This document shows, piece after piece, positions 39,445-48,545 of a stretch of 64,000 nucleotides of DNA. A program made the position numbers and the translations under genes. The stretch comes from Trueperaceae bacterium (lineage in GTDB: Bacteria > Deinococcota > Deinococci > Deinococcales > Trueperaceae), in the NCBI GenBank assembly GCA_965213705.1, contig OZ243913.1, positions 1,216,001 through 1,280,000 of the forward strand, written 5' to 3'. Position 1 is the stretch's first letter. Each line of letters starts with the position of its first letter. Below the pieces are notes generated by a model. That model had not been told where the DNA came from and searched no databases. It was given only the letters and a program-made list of their open reading frames with translations.

Positions 39445-39655
39445 CCATAGCGCCGCCGGTTGGCACAGTCGGCCAGCAGGCACGCGACACCCTCAGAGTG
39501 AGGGCGTGCCAGCGGCCAACGCCGTCATACGGAACTACGCGGCGCACCAGAGCGCGCCCGAGCTTGGGGTGCTTGTACGCGACGTACCCGACCCTCGAGC
39601 CTCACAAGCCTGGGGTGACGTGCTCGAGCTGGCTATGGAGGTGGTAGGAAAGTGA
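39445..39655 (+). pseudogene. parA: Plasmid ParA C-terminal remnant (frameshifted)
   Basis: APPVGTVGQQARDTLR, then in another frame VIRNYAAHQSAPELGVLVRDVPDPRASQAWGDVLELAMEV*; stop overlaps the next GTG. Confidence 0.7.
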
Positions 39656-39915
39656 GCGCCAAGAAAGCCAGGTTCGACTACCTCAAGCAAGAAACGAGCG
39701 AGCCGTCCGCCGATGCCCGACCTGAGCCCAGTGCGGAAGAGCTGCGCAGCGTGCCGCGTGGCGAGGGCCGCATGGAGCAGGACCGCGAGCAGCTAAACGT
39801 CCGCTTGCCCACCATGCTTAAGCGTCGCGCCGCGGCCAAGGCAACTCTCGAAGGCCGCACTATCGGCGAAGTTGTGGAGGAGCTACTGAACGGATATTTA
39901 GAACAGCCCTTTTAG
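39652..39915 (+). CDS. ParG-like ribbon-helix-helix partition protein
   Basis: Disordered N-terminus, then QLNVRLP..LKR.A..KA..EGRTI.EVVEELL..YL. Confidence 0.7.
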   Translation: MSAKKARFDYLKQETSEPSADARPEPSAEELRSVPRGEGRMEQDREQLNVRLPTMLKRRAAAKATLEGRTIGEVVEELLNGYLEQPF

Positions 39916-39982
39916 GGGTAGTACACCGATCGGAGATAAAACTGTCGACATATACATGATTTAGAGTCGAAAGGTAGGTAAC

Positions 39983-40285
39983 ATGACCTACCTTCCCGGC
40001 ACCATCGCCTACGCCAAGCGCGCCAGCACCCTGTGGAAAAGCGGCGAGCGCGGCGTCTGCTACGAGGTCTACCAGATTAGTGAGCGCCCCGGTTACAGCT
40101 TCAATTTCGCAGGGGGTGGTTACGACGGTTTCAGCGAGGACGACCTGTCATACTGGCTCGAGCTAACCGAATAGGTCGCTCCCTCGTTCGCAGGCTTCAA
40201 GTTCAAAAACGTCATACACCTCTCCGGCGCTTATGATGCAGGCTGGTTCGACGAGGCCCTGAAGAAACCTTTGAGCAAAGCCTGA
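39983..40285 (+). pseudogene. Hypothetical gene with in-frame TAG at 40172
   Basis: AGGTAGG RBS; protein-like frame continues past the stop (FAGFKFKNVIHL..AYDAGWFDEAL). Confidence 0.55.
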
Positions 40286-40332
40286 CTAGACCTAACCTAC
40301 GCCTCGAGCCACGTAATAAACCCTCACCACTA

Positions 40333-40360
40333 ACCTCTGATAATCTATTTTATCAGAGGT
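40333..40360. other. dif-like tyrosine recombinase site, family 2
   Basis: ACCTCTGATAA-TCTATT-TTATCAGAGGT, perfect 11-bp inverted arms. Confidence 0.8.
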
Positions 40361-40769
40361 AAATGTCTGTATATATAAGCCTAACTTTGTGCAGCAGTTG
40401 GACCGTTCAACTGCCTAAGGGCAAGCCCCACCCAACTACACATCACCCTTTTCTCGCAAGTAGGTGCGTGTCGTCTGAGTGATACCGAATGGTACCGTCT
40501 TTCCACCTGTGCCGTTGATGGTTCTGTGTAGAAATGGACTGTGGGTTGAGCGCGCTACTAATAAAAATCCCAGCGTTAAGTTAGGAGTTTGAGTTTCTAT
40601 ACCTGCTTTACCCCTCCGGTGCGGTTAAAGGTACGGTAGCGATGTCAGAAACTGTTTTGCACCTTTTCTCCGCTAATTCTATGTGAATTGGCACACAATC
40701 ACGCTAAAACCTGACAACATCGCAAAACAAATCATTCTGATGTAAGAGTTGAATGGCTATAATAGAGTC

Positions 40770-42590
40770 ATGATCATTGCCCCTTTACCCTCCGATGAAG
40801 CGGTACGCTTGCAGACGCTCGAGGCTTACCACATCCTCGACACACCCCCCGAAGAAGCCTTTGATACTTTGGCGGGCCTAGCCGCCGACATCGTTCAGAC
40901 GCCGGTTGCGCTAGTTACTTTTATTGCTCAAGAACGCCTGTGGTTCAAAAGCTGCTCTGGTGTAGAAGCAACAGAAACCCCTCGAGACATTGCATTTTGC
41001 GCCCACACGATTTTGAGCGATGAGATCATGGTGGTGCCCGACGCCACCCAAGACGAACGCTTTGCCGATAATCCATTCGTCACCGGTGAGATGGCTGTTC
41101 GTTTCTACGCGGGCGTGCCGCTCATCACCCCCACGGGTCAGCGGCTCGGCTCGCTCTGCACCATTGACACGACGCCGCGAGAAGGCGTGACACCCGAACA
41201 GGCAAAGATGTTGACGCGACTGGCTAAACTGGTCGTTGACGAACTCGAGCTTCGCAAAACGTTGCGTACCGCTACCGAGCTGAGCGACCAGCTCGCCCAC
41301 CGGGCGTTTCATGACCTTCTCACAGGCTTGCCAAACCGCGCTTACCTGCAAACGCTGTTGGCCGCCGAAGCTAAGAAAAGCCACCCTGAGAAGTCCGTTG
41401 CCATGCTCCTCATCGACTTGGACAATTTTAAGACCATCAACGATAGCCGCGGCCATGATGTAGGCGACCAGGTTTTGGTCGCGGTGAGTCAACGGCTGCG
41501 CCAGGCGGTGCGTGGCACCGATACCGTTGTGCGCTGGGCAGGGGACGAGTTTGTCATTGTCAGTACAGCTTTAGACGATGCCGCACACGCCGAACAGATG
41601 GCTGAGCGGGTGCTGAAAAGCTTAGAACAGCCGCTGTGTCTGGACAGGGGCCCGCTGACGCTGAGTGCCAGTGTCGGGGTGACGGTGGGACCCGCAGCCA
41701 TGTTTGCCCAGGAAGGGCAGGTTCTTAAGCAGGCCGATTTGGCGCTCTACCAAGCGAAGAAAGTCAAAAATACCGCCGTGGTCTTTACCGGCGCGTTGCT
41801 GACGCAGTTTACCGAGCAGTACAGCCTGGAAAAAGACTTGCGTGACGCGGTGGAAACCTCGGCGCTCACCTTGTTTTACCAACCCCGAGTTACGCTGTCG
41901 TCACAGCGCTGGACCAGTGCCGAGGCGCTGCTACGCTGGCAGCATCCGACGCGCGGCATGGTCTCACCAGCCACCTTCATCCCAGTGGCTGAAAAGAGCG
42001 ATCTTATCTTAAAGCTCGGCACCTTTGTGCTTGACCGAGCGTGCGAGCAAGCCGCTCGCTGGCTGGCGGCTGGCACGCCGCTACGCGTAGCGGTGAACGT
42101 CAGTACCAAACAGCTCACGCAAGATACTTTCACTGACCTGGTGATGACGACCCTGGAGCGTTACAACCTTCCCGCCGATTTGTTAGAACTCGAGATAACC
42201 GAGAGCGCCTTTATCCTGGATGTTGCAAAGAGTATCGCGACGTTAAAAGAACTCAAGCGGCGCGGCGTGCATATCGCTATGGACGACTTCGGAACGGGCT
42301 ATTCCTCGCTCAACACCCTTACGCAGCTTCCCCTTAACGTGCTCAAGCTCGACAAAAGTTTTGTGGACCGAATCTCAACGGAAATGGCGCGGCAAGACCA
42401 AGCGGTGATGGAACTGGTGATTGCGCTCGGGAAGAGTTTGGGGCTCGAGGTGGTTGCCGAGGGAATTGAAACGACCGAGCAACATCGTTACCTGCTCGAG
42501 CTGGGCTGTGCTCAGGCGCAAGGTTATCTGTTCTCTAGGCCGGTGCCAGCGCATATGCTGGCGATTCCTAGCATTGAAGTAGTGCATTAA
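40770..42590 (+). CDS. GAF-GGDEF-EAL c-di-GMP cyclase/phosphodiesterase
   Basis: ILDTPPEEAFD/FCAH GAF, HDLLTGLPNR, RGTD I-site, AGDEF, EALLRW, DDFGTGYSS; leaderless start TATAAT-6 nt-ATG. Confidence 0.93.
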   Translation: MIIAPLPSDEAVRLQTLEAYHILDTPPEEAFDTLAGLAADIVQTPVALVTFIAQERLWFKSCSGVEATETPRDIAFCAHTILSDEIMVVPDATQDERFADNPFVTGEMAVRFYAGVPLITPTGQRLGSLCTIDTTPREGVTPEQAKMLTRLAKLVVDELELRKTLRTATELSDQLAHRAFHDLLTGLPNRAYLQTLLAAEAKKSHPEKSVAMLLIDLDNFKTINDSRGHDVGDQVLVAVSQRLRQAVRGTDTVVRWAGDEFVIVSTALDDAAHAEQMAERVLKSLEQPLCLDRGPLTLSASVGVTVGPAAMFAQEGQVLKQADLALYQAKKVKNTAVVFTGALLTQFTEQYSLEKDLRDAVETSALTLFYQPRVTLSSQRWTSAEALLRWQHPTRGMVSPATFIPVAEKSDLILKLGTFVLDRACEQAARWLAAGTPLRVAVNVSTKQLTQDTFTDLVMTTLERYNLPADLLELEITESAFILDVAKSIATLKELKRRGVHIAMDDFGTGYSSLNTLTQLPLNVLKLDKSFVDRISTEMARQDQAVMELVIALGKSLGLEVVAEGIETTEQHRYLLELGCAQAQGYLFSRPVPAHMLAIPSIEVVH

Positions 42591-42974
42591 AGCGTTCTAA
42601 TAATGCACGTTTTGTAACCTTGGGGCCCGGTCATGTTGGGTGTCGTCATGGGCGGACCGAAGGACAACCTATGGTAGTTAACGCAGGCGCTGTTTGGTTT
42701 CAGCTTTCCCTGAGAGATGCGTGAACCACATGAGGTGAAACTGCAAGTAAAGAGCATCTTCAGATTTTGTTAGAACAGTTCACAAGTAAAGCCTCTCTGT
42801 GGTGAACGCGTGCAAGTGTTGCACTACCCCAACTCGGTCACAACTCACGTGACGTCCTAACTCTGGGCCGAACCTTACCGAAAACAACACACAAACAGGC
42901 AGTACCTTAAAAACTTTATGTTGTAGACAAGTTAGCTCAAACCAGACCAGACTAGACCATACTATGCTGAGACT

Positions 42975-43235
42975 ATGCACATCACCAACATCTCCGAAGC
43001 CAAAGCCAGCCTGTCCAAGCTGGTCGAGCGGGTCTTGAGTGGCGAAGAAATCATCATCGGCAAAGCGGGCAAGCCGGTGGCGAAACTGGTTCCCTTCGAC
43101 CTCGACACCCAGCCCCGAGACCTAGACCAAGGCATCTGGGCGGGGCCGGTGCGCATGAGTGAGGACTTCGACGAGCTGCCCGAGGACATGCTGAAGCTCT
43201 TTACCGGTGAGGTCGACGACGAACCTGCTGCTTGA
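42975..43235 (+). CDS. Phd/YefM-family antitoxin
   Basis: NISEAKASLSKLV...GEEIII.KAGKPVAKLVP; leaderless start TATGCT-6 nt-ATG. Confidence 0.92.
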   Translation: MHITNISEAKASLSKLVERVLSGEEIIIGKAGKPVAKLVPFDLDTQPRDLDQGIWAGPVRMSEDFDELPEDMLKLFTGEVDDEPAA

Positions 43236-43596
43236 CACCCACACCCTGCTGTGGGTCTACAGCCGCGACCAACGACTGTCCGAGGAAGCGGCCGCCGCCA
43301 TCCGGGATGGGAGCAGGGTGGTGTTCGTGAGTGCCGCGACCGCCTGGGAAATCGCCATCAAGAAAGCTCTGGGCAAGCTTTCTGCCCCCGACAACTATCT
43401 TGAAGCTCTCAGACGCTACCGCTTCACCGCCCTCAGCGTCACCACCGAGCACGCGCTGGGGGTGGAAGGTTTGCCGCATCACCACCGTGACCCCTTTGAC
43501 CGGCTGCTCGTGGCGCAGGCGCAGCTCGAGAAGCTCACCCTGGTGACGAACGACCCCAAGCTGTGGGCTTACGACGTGCCGGTTCTGAAGACCTGA
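43207..43596 (+). CDS. vapC: PIN-domain (VapC) toxin
   Basis: LLLDTH.LLW, SAATAWEIAIK, HRDPFDRLLVAQA, LVTND. Confidence 0.9.
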   Translation: MRSTTNLLLDTHTLLWVYSRDQRLSEEAAAAIRDGSRVVFVSAATAWEIAIKKALGKLSAPDNYLEALRRYRFTALSVTTEHALGVEGLPHHHRDPFDRLLVAQAQLEKLTLVTNDPKLWAYDVPVLKT

Positions 43597-43687
43597 AGAA
43601 TGGGCGTGAACGTTCCCATGCGATTACAGACTGGAAAGCCCGAATCTGCTACTCTTGTTGTCACTTATGGTTGACAAAGAGGCAGGT

Positions 43688-44056
43688 ATGGCTGACAAAG
43701 AGACGAGAGAGTTTAAGGGGCGCACGGACCGCGCGGGTTACACCGAGTCCACGCCAAGATTCCTCGCGAAGCGCAGCCCCGCCCTGCCGCAGCGGGACGA
43801 GGCCATTCAAAAGGCCCTCCAAATGCTTGGCATTACCTCTCGTCACGACGCGAGCCTGAGCACGTTGCGAGCGTTCAAGCGTGCCAGAGAAGCCGTCGGT
43901 GTCCTCTATGACGAGTTTGCCGACGACCTCGAGGTCTTTTTGAACCAGCCTCTGGCCGACTACGGCGGCAAAAGCGTGGTTGACCTAGTGGCGGAACATG
44001 GCGTACGCGCCCTGGAAGCGGTGCGCTCGGACGTTGAGTATCCCGTTCCTGCCTGA
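43688..44056 (+). CDS. Xre/MbcA/ParS-like antitoxin
   Basis: C-terminal FLNQPLADYGGKSVVDLV resembles DUF2384; directly upstream of a RES gene. Confidence 0.65.
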   Translation: MADKETREFKGRTDRAGYTESTPRFLAKRSPALPQRDEAIQKALQMLGITSRHDASLSTLRAFKRAREAVGVLYDEFADDLEVFLNQPLADYGGKSVVDLVAEHGVRALEAVRSDVEYPVPA

Positions 44057-44062
44057 GCCAAG

Positions 44063-44668
44063 ATGGTTCACCGCGTTGATGACGCTGACATCCTCAACCT
44101 TTGCCGTCCTCTAACCAACCAGCTCGCCTGGCGCTACGTCGCCTACAAGTACCTCCTCCAACCGGAGCCCGAAGCGAAACGGCCGTTGTCCATCGTGGGC
44201 AGCTTAAAGGGCGGCGGGCGGTACAACATCGGCCTCAACCTGCCCGGCTTTGAACCCTTCGGGGCCGTCTACACCAGCCTCGAGGCGGTCACCGCCACTC
44301 GGGAGATGCGCTTTCCTAGCGCTCCGGAAACGCCTTATGTGCTCTTTCCCGTTCGGGCTACGCTGGCGCGGGTTCTGGACTTGCGTGCAGAAAATGTCAT
44401 CAAGGTGCTCGAGCTTGAAGGAGACCGACTCTACAGTCCCTGGCGCGAAGAAAGCAAGATTCTGGGCCGACCAGCGTACCCGCAGCTTGTTGGAGCAAAA
44501 CTCTTCAGCGCCGGCGTCGAGGCAATACTCACGCACAGCGTGGTTGACGAGGACAGCACCAACCTCACGATTTACCCGGCCAACTTGACGGGCGACAGCC
44601 GCGTGAGCGTCACGGGCGACGTGGACGACCCGAGGGTGGTCGACGTGCTGCTGCCGGAGGACGTCTAG
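44063..44668 (+). CDS. RES-domain toxin
   Basis: WR...GGRYN...AVYTS.E..TA..E, VLDL, HSVV, NL.IYP. Confidence 0.85.
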   Translation: MVHRVDDADILNLCRPLTNQLAWRYVAYKYLLQPEPEAKRPLSIVGSLKGGGRYNIGLNLPGFEPFGAVYTSLEAVTATREMRFPSAPETPYVLFPVRATLARVLDLRAENVIKVLELEGDRLYSPWREESKILGRPAYPQLVGAKLFSAGVEAILTHSVVDEDSTNLTIYPANLTGDSRVSVTGDVDDPRVVDVLLPEDV

Positions 44669-44877
44669 CCCGAAAAGGCGGCTTCACTTCGCAGTCACCA
44701 CCTTTCGGCTGCGCTCCGGAAACATTAAAGTGCAAAACGAAACACCTATTGAGCAAAGACACCGTTGGCTAACCCCCACTGTCAAAGGGTCGGGCGGCCT
44801 ACCATAGTCTGACAAGCCTTTTTTGAGCGTTGCGCTCGAGGCAGGGCCGAGCTGCGAACTAAGACGGGAGAAGTTAG

Positions 44878-45093
44878 ATGGACTGGGAAGAAATCAGCCG
44901 TAACTGGGACAGGTACCGAAAGGACGCGCAACACACCTGGAACAAGCTACCCGCTCCCGACCTCGACGCCACGGCGGGCGACCGCGACAAGCTGATAAGC
45001 AGCGTCAGAGAAGGTTTGGGGCTGTCGCTCGAGGCGGCCGAGACCGAGGTCGACGCTTGGGCTAAAAGAATGACCGAGATTCAGTCCACCTAG
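44878..45093 (+). CDS. CsbD/YjbJ-like stress protein
   Basis: W..I..NW......Q..W.KL...DL....G.RDKL......G...E.AE.EVD.W. Confidence 0.75.
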   Translation: MDWEEISRNWDRYRKDAQHTWNKLPAPDLDATAGDRDKLISSVREGLGLSLEAAETEVDAWAKRMTEIQST

Positions 45094-45111
45094 TTCACTT
45101 GGAGGCAAGCC

Positions 45112-45315
45112 GTGACACAGTATGACCTTAGCGACCCAGTGATTCCACCGATTGAAGAGCCGACACCTGGCAAAGATGTTCCCAACCCAGACATGCCTGA
45201 CCAGCAACCGCCCGGAGTCGACGAGCCGGGTGAGGACCTGCCAGGCATCGACGAGCCGCCTGGAGACTTGCCCGACCAGGTACCGCCGGGTACCGACTTG
45301 CCCGGAAGACGGTGA
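45112..45315 (+). CDS. Small Pro/Asp-rich repeat protein
   Basis: GGAGG RBS; repeats PPGVDEPG/LPGIDEPPG/LPDQVPPG. Confidence 0.6.
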   Translation: MTQYDLSDPVIPPIEEPTPGKDVPNPDMPDQQPPGVDEPGEDLPGIDEPPGDLPDQVPPGTDLPGRR

Positions 45316-45508
45316 CGGCGTAGCTTCACTGTCACTCGGGTTTGCCAGGAGTCGAGCCGAATAGGCTGGTTGTAAAGGCCAGTGAAAAACCTACGCTCGC
45401 CCCAAAACGCCGATAAGGGCAAGGCGAAGGTAGCCGAGGCGAACCCCAACCGGGGCGACCGCCGCTGGTCTCCTCATGGTCGTGGCTTGCACATTGCTGT
45501 CCTGTCGC

Positions 45509-45548
45509 GCTGCCAAGCTAGCGCGAGATAGCTTGGCAGCGTCTTTTC
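45509..45548 (+). terminator. Hairpin terminator
   Basis: GCTGCCAAGCTA-8 nt-TAGCTTGGCAGC followed by GTCTTTT. Confidence 0.6.
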
Positions 45549-45562
45549 AACCCTGCCCTGTA

Positions 45563-45589
45563 ACGTCTCATAAAGGACTTATCAAGCGT
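45563..45589. other. dif-like site, family 1 (5-bp spacer)
   Basis: ACGTCTCATAA-AGGAC-TTATCAAGCGT; first 15 bp identical to 24865-24879. Confidence 0.6.
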
Positions 45590-45603
45590 CCTACACGTCA
45601 TCT

Positions 45604-46026
45604 CTAGCTACGTTCAGCTTTGTCTTTCAGCCTCGAGTCCAACTCTACCAAACTGACGTCCTGCCCTGTCAACCGCCAGCCAATTCCCCGGCTGCGCCCG
45701 TTCCAACGCAAGTAACCCAGCTCCTCCAGCACCACACCGAGGTAGCTCGCCCCCTGGGCATAGGTCGTGTTGGGCTTGATGGACATAAGCGTCATCCCCA
45801 ACCCCGGCCGCTCAGTCCCAGCACCCAACTTCTCGACGTTGTTCGCCAAAGGAAACTCGTTGGCACCGAAGGCCGCCTCGAGCCTGCTCAACAGCTCGAC
45901 CAGGTCGCCCACCGGATAAGTGTGAACGAAATTCTTCTCGTTCCGAATAATGACACACTGACCGGTAATGTCGAAGTGCCACTCGAACCGCTTGGCCCGG
46001 TTCGGCCCACCGCGCGTGCTAGACAT
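45604..46026 (-). CDS. Hypothetical protein
   Basis: Leaderless start TATGCT-6 nt-ATG; FPLANNVEKL...ASYLGVVLE.LG...WNG. Confidence 0.65.
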   Translation of the reverse strand: MSSTRGGPNRAKRFEWHFDITGQCVIIRNEKNFVHTYPVGDLVELLSRLEAAFGANEFPLANNVEKLGAGTERPGLGMTLMSIKPNTTYAQGASYLGVVLEELGYLRWNGRSRGIGWRLTGQDVSLVELDSRLKDKAERS

Positions 46027-46249
46027 AGTGAAAGCATAAACGGCGTTCCTAAACGACGGCGTGAAACAAACCCCGGCTCGCCCACTCCCTAAACTGTCCC
46101 CATGACCAAATAAGAGTTCGAAGAAGGTGAAACTTGGGCCTACCGCAGCCCCAAGGCCCTCGGCACGCCCGCCGCCCAGGTGGCCCTCGTGGTTCCTGCC
46201 CAACCGCAAGGGCGCGGTCAAGGTCAAAGCGTAGTAAAATCACCTTGTC

Positions 46250-46882
46250 ATGTTTCGTAAACCAAGGAAACCTGCAAGCCAAAGGTTCGAACTCGCCCGG
46301 ATTCACGCGGCTGCCCTATCAGGGATGCTTTTCTTGTCGGCAGAAGATGAAACGGCCTTTTGCAAAGAATTCTGGCGGCGGGTCGATGTCAACAACCACG
46401 GTTGCTGGAATTTCAAGGGCTACACGACCAAACGCGGCTACGGCCGTATCTCGGTCCCCAGACGTTGGCAGGGATACTTACCCAAAGCGATGGCCGCTCA
46501 TCGGCTTGCCTATCTGCTGGCTCGTGGCGATATTACGGAAAGTTCTATGGTGCTACACACCTGCGATAACCCACCGTGCTGTCGACCTGATCACCTGTAC
46601 TTAGGTTCTTACTTAGAGAATGCCCAGGACAGGGTGTTTCGCGGTCGCCACGTCGCTCTTCGTGGTGAGGAAAACGGCAGCGCGAAGCTAACCGAGGCTG
46701 CTGTGTTGGAAATAAAACGCAAGCTCAGGAATTACAACCCAAAAAAGGTAAGAACATATAGTTCGTTCGATAGAGAACGCCCCTTAACCTTGGCAGGTGT
46801 TGCCCGAGAGTTTGGCGTATCTGTAAATACGGTAACAAACATTCACAAGGGGAAAACCTGGACGCATGTAAAACCTGACTAA
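46250..46882 (+). CDS. Phage-type HNH endonuclease with C-terminal HTH
   Basis: GCW.F.G...GYG, AHRLAY, VLHTCDNPPCCRPDHL..G...EN..D, GE.NG.AKLTE, AREFGVS. Confidence 0.88.
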   Translation: MFRKPRKPASQRFELARIHAAALSGMLFLSAEDETAFCKEFWRRVDVNNHGCWNFKGYTTKRGYGRISVPRRWQGYLPKAMAAHRLAYLLARGDITESSMVLHTCDNPPCCRPDHLYLGSYLENAQDRVFRGRHVALRGEENGSAKLTEAAVLEIKRKLRNYNPKKVRTYSSFDRERPLTLAGVAREFGVSVNTVTNIHKGKTWTHVKPD

Positions 46883-46941
46883 TACAACTTTTTTGAGTTC
46901 TTTAAAACACTCCAATTTGTGCTGCTCTCGTATCTACCCCA

Positions 46942-46969
46942 ATCTCTGGTAATCTATTTTATCAGGGGT
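46942..46969. other. dif-like tyrosine recombinase site, family 2
   Basis: ATCTCTGGTAA-TCTATT-TTATCAGGGGT; 25/28 identical to the 40333 site, same spacer and orientation. Confidence 0.75.
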
Positions 46970-47119
46970 AAAAGGGTATGAGCCTATGCCGCGCTTGGGC
47001 CATTCACACGCCAAAAAATTTCTCTATTCATCGCGCCAAAGGCAGCAGCGCCACCATGAAAAAGTAGTCCCGCGCCTCTACATCTCTAGTTTGTTCAGTT
47101 CCTACCCCACGTCGGAAAA

Positions 47120-47666
47120 GTGCCTCGACGGTGACACGCTTCCTACGGATGAGGTCATGGTGACCGTGACCGGCCCGGCCGCTTGGAACGATGGCGAACC
47201 CGTAACAGTGACGCGCGGCCGGGATGACGTCCTCGACGGTTCGACCGCGATTATCACCAGCATCAGTGCGGTGAGTGGCAGCTACACCGTTACCATGACG
47301 TCGGGTGACACGATCTATAAAGCCAGCGGCAGACTCGACGCGACTAGGCTCTTGCCCACGCCTCAGAACGTGACGGTGACTGAGCACAGCTCGAACGAAG
47401 TCAGCGGGCAGTGGGACCCGGTTCCTGGCGCTTTAGTCTACCAGGTGTTCATTCGCGAGGACTTCACCGTTTTCACCTCACCCACCCTCAGCTCGACCCT
47501 TGTCAGCGGCACCAGCGCTACGCTCGGCGACCTCGACCTTCCACCGGGGGAGTACGCCCTGGAGGTGCTTGCCACGACCATCGACTTCACCACCGAGGGA
47601 CCTCTGGTTAATCCCGGCGACTACGACCTCTCGTATAACCGGTCGGTGCCTTTCACGATTCAGTAA
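47120..47666 (+). pseudogene. C-terminal part of a secreted beta-rich/FnIII-like protein
   Basis: PQNVTV...WDPVPGALVYQV...LPPGEY.LEV.A; the ORF's 5' portion is not protein-like. Confidence 0.5.
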
Positions 47667-47753
47667 CAAGGTTAACGCACTTCACTCCTTTTTGAAAAAA
47701 ACATCCCGTACCTAAAGCCTTCTCAAAAACCCGATTTACACAAAGGAGATGCC

Positions 47754-48119
47754 ATGAACAACCGGTACACGAATCTGCTGAAACTGGTAGTGGGTGCATT
47801 GCTCGTGCTGCTCGTCACCTCTGGGTGCAATCTGAATGACATTATCAACCCCAAACTTAAAATCACAGCCGTTGAACTCAACGCCGAGGCCGCTTCCCTT
47901 GAGGTCGGCGAATCCGTGACGCTCACTGCCGTCGTGTATGGCGACCCCAATCACGAGGTTCTCTGGCGAACTTCCAACAGTAAGTTGGCGACGGTTGAGC
48001 GCGGCGAAGTCGCGGCGCTGGAGCCTGGCGAGGTGCGTATCACCGCTTTAAGCAGGTACGATCCTACAAAGTTTGATTCCGCTACTATCAATATCACCCC
48101 AGCCAATTCAGCAGAATGA
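47754..48119 (+). CDS. Lipoprotein with bacterial Ig-like (Big_2) domain
   Basis: Signal peptide with TSG-C lipobox; LEVGESVTLTA, W.TSN..LATV..G.V.A..PG; AAGGAG RBS. Confidence 0.82.
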   Translation: MNNRYTNLLKLVVGALLVLLVTSGCNLNDIINPKLKITAVELNAEAASLEVGESVTLTAVVYGDPNHEVLWRTSNSKLATVERGEVAALEPGEVRITALSRYDPTKFDSATINITPANSAE

Positions 48120-48186
48120 CCCCACTAGAGGGCAGCAGAAGCGCCGCCCTCGAAAATGCGACCACTTATGAAATGGAGTAAAGCAC

Positions 48187-48471
48187 ATGGCTGAGACACC
48201 TGCTGAGCGGAGAGCCCACGCCCGCGCCATCCGCGAAGAAGCAATAGACATCGCAGAAGACGAGAATCTTCCACTGCACGAAAGCAACGACGACGAAAAC
48301 AGTCAGCGCGACTTTGTAGCGGCCTTTTCAAAAGGGCTCCCCCACAATTCGTTCGGCCTATCCCGTCCCGGCGAGGTCGATCCAGGCGCATACAAGAAGT
48401 TGCTCGACGCGGTGCAATCGTTGGTAGAAACTAAAGTGCTTGGTTTGTCAGCAGGGGTTTGTCGCCGGTAG
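48187..48471 (+). pseudogene. N-terminal remnant of a vanadium-dependent haloperoxidase
   Basis: N.DE...FSKGLPHN..G...GEVD..AY..LL.A motif; truncated after ~75 aa. Confidence 0.6.
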
Positions 48472-48545
48472 CTTAGTGTTTGCCGTAAACCACTTTCAAC
48501 ATCGGCCCTAATCTGGTTGAGCCATCAGGGAGTAAACTCGAGCAG

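Noticed and set aside
46250..46882. Prophage or group I intron implied by the HNH genes
   Set aside because: No phage structural genes, interrupted host gene or intron core visible
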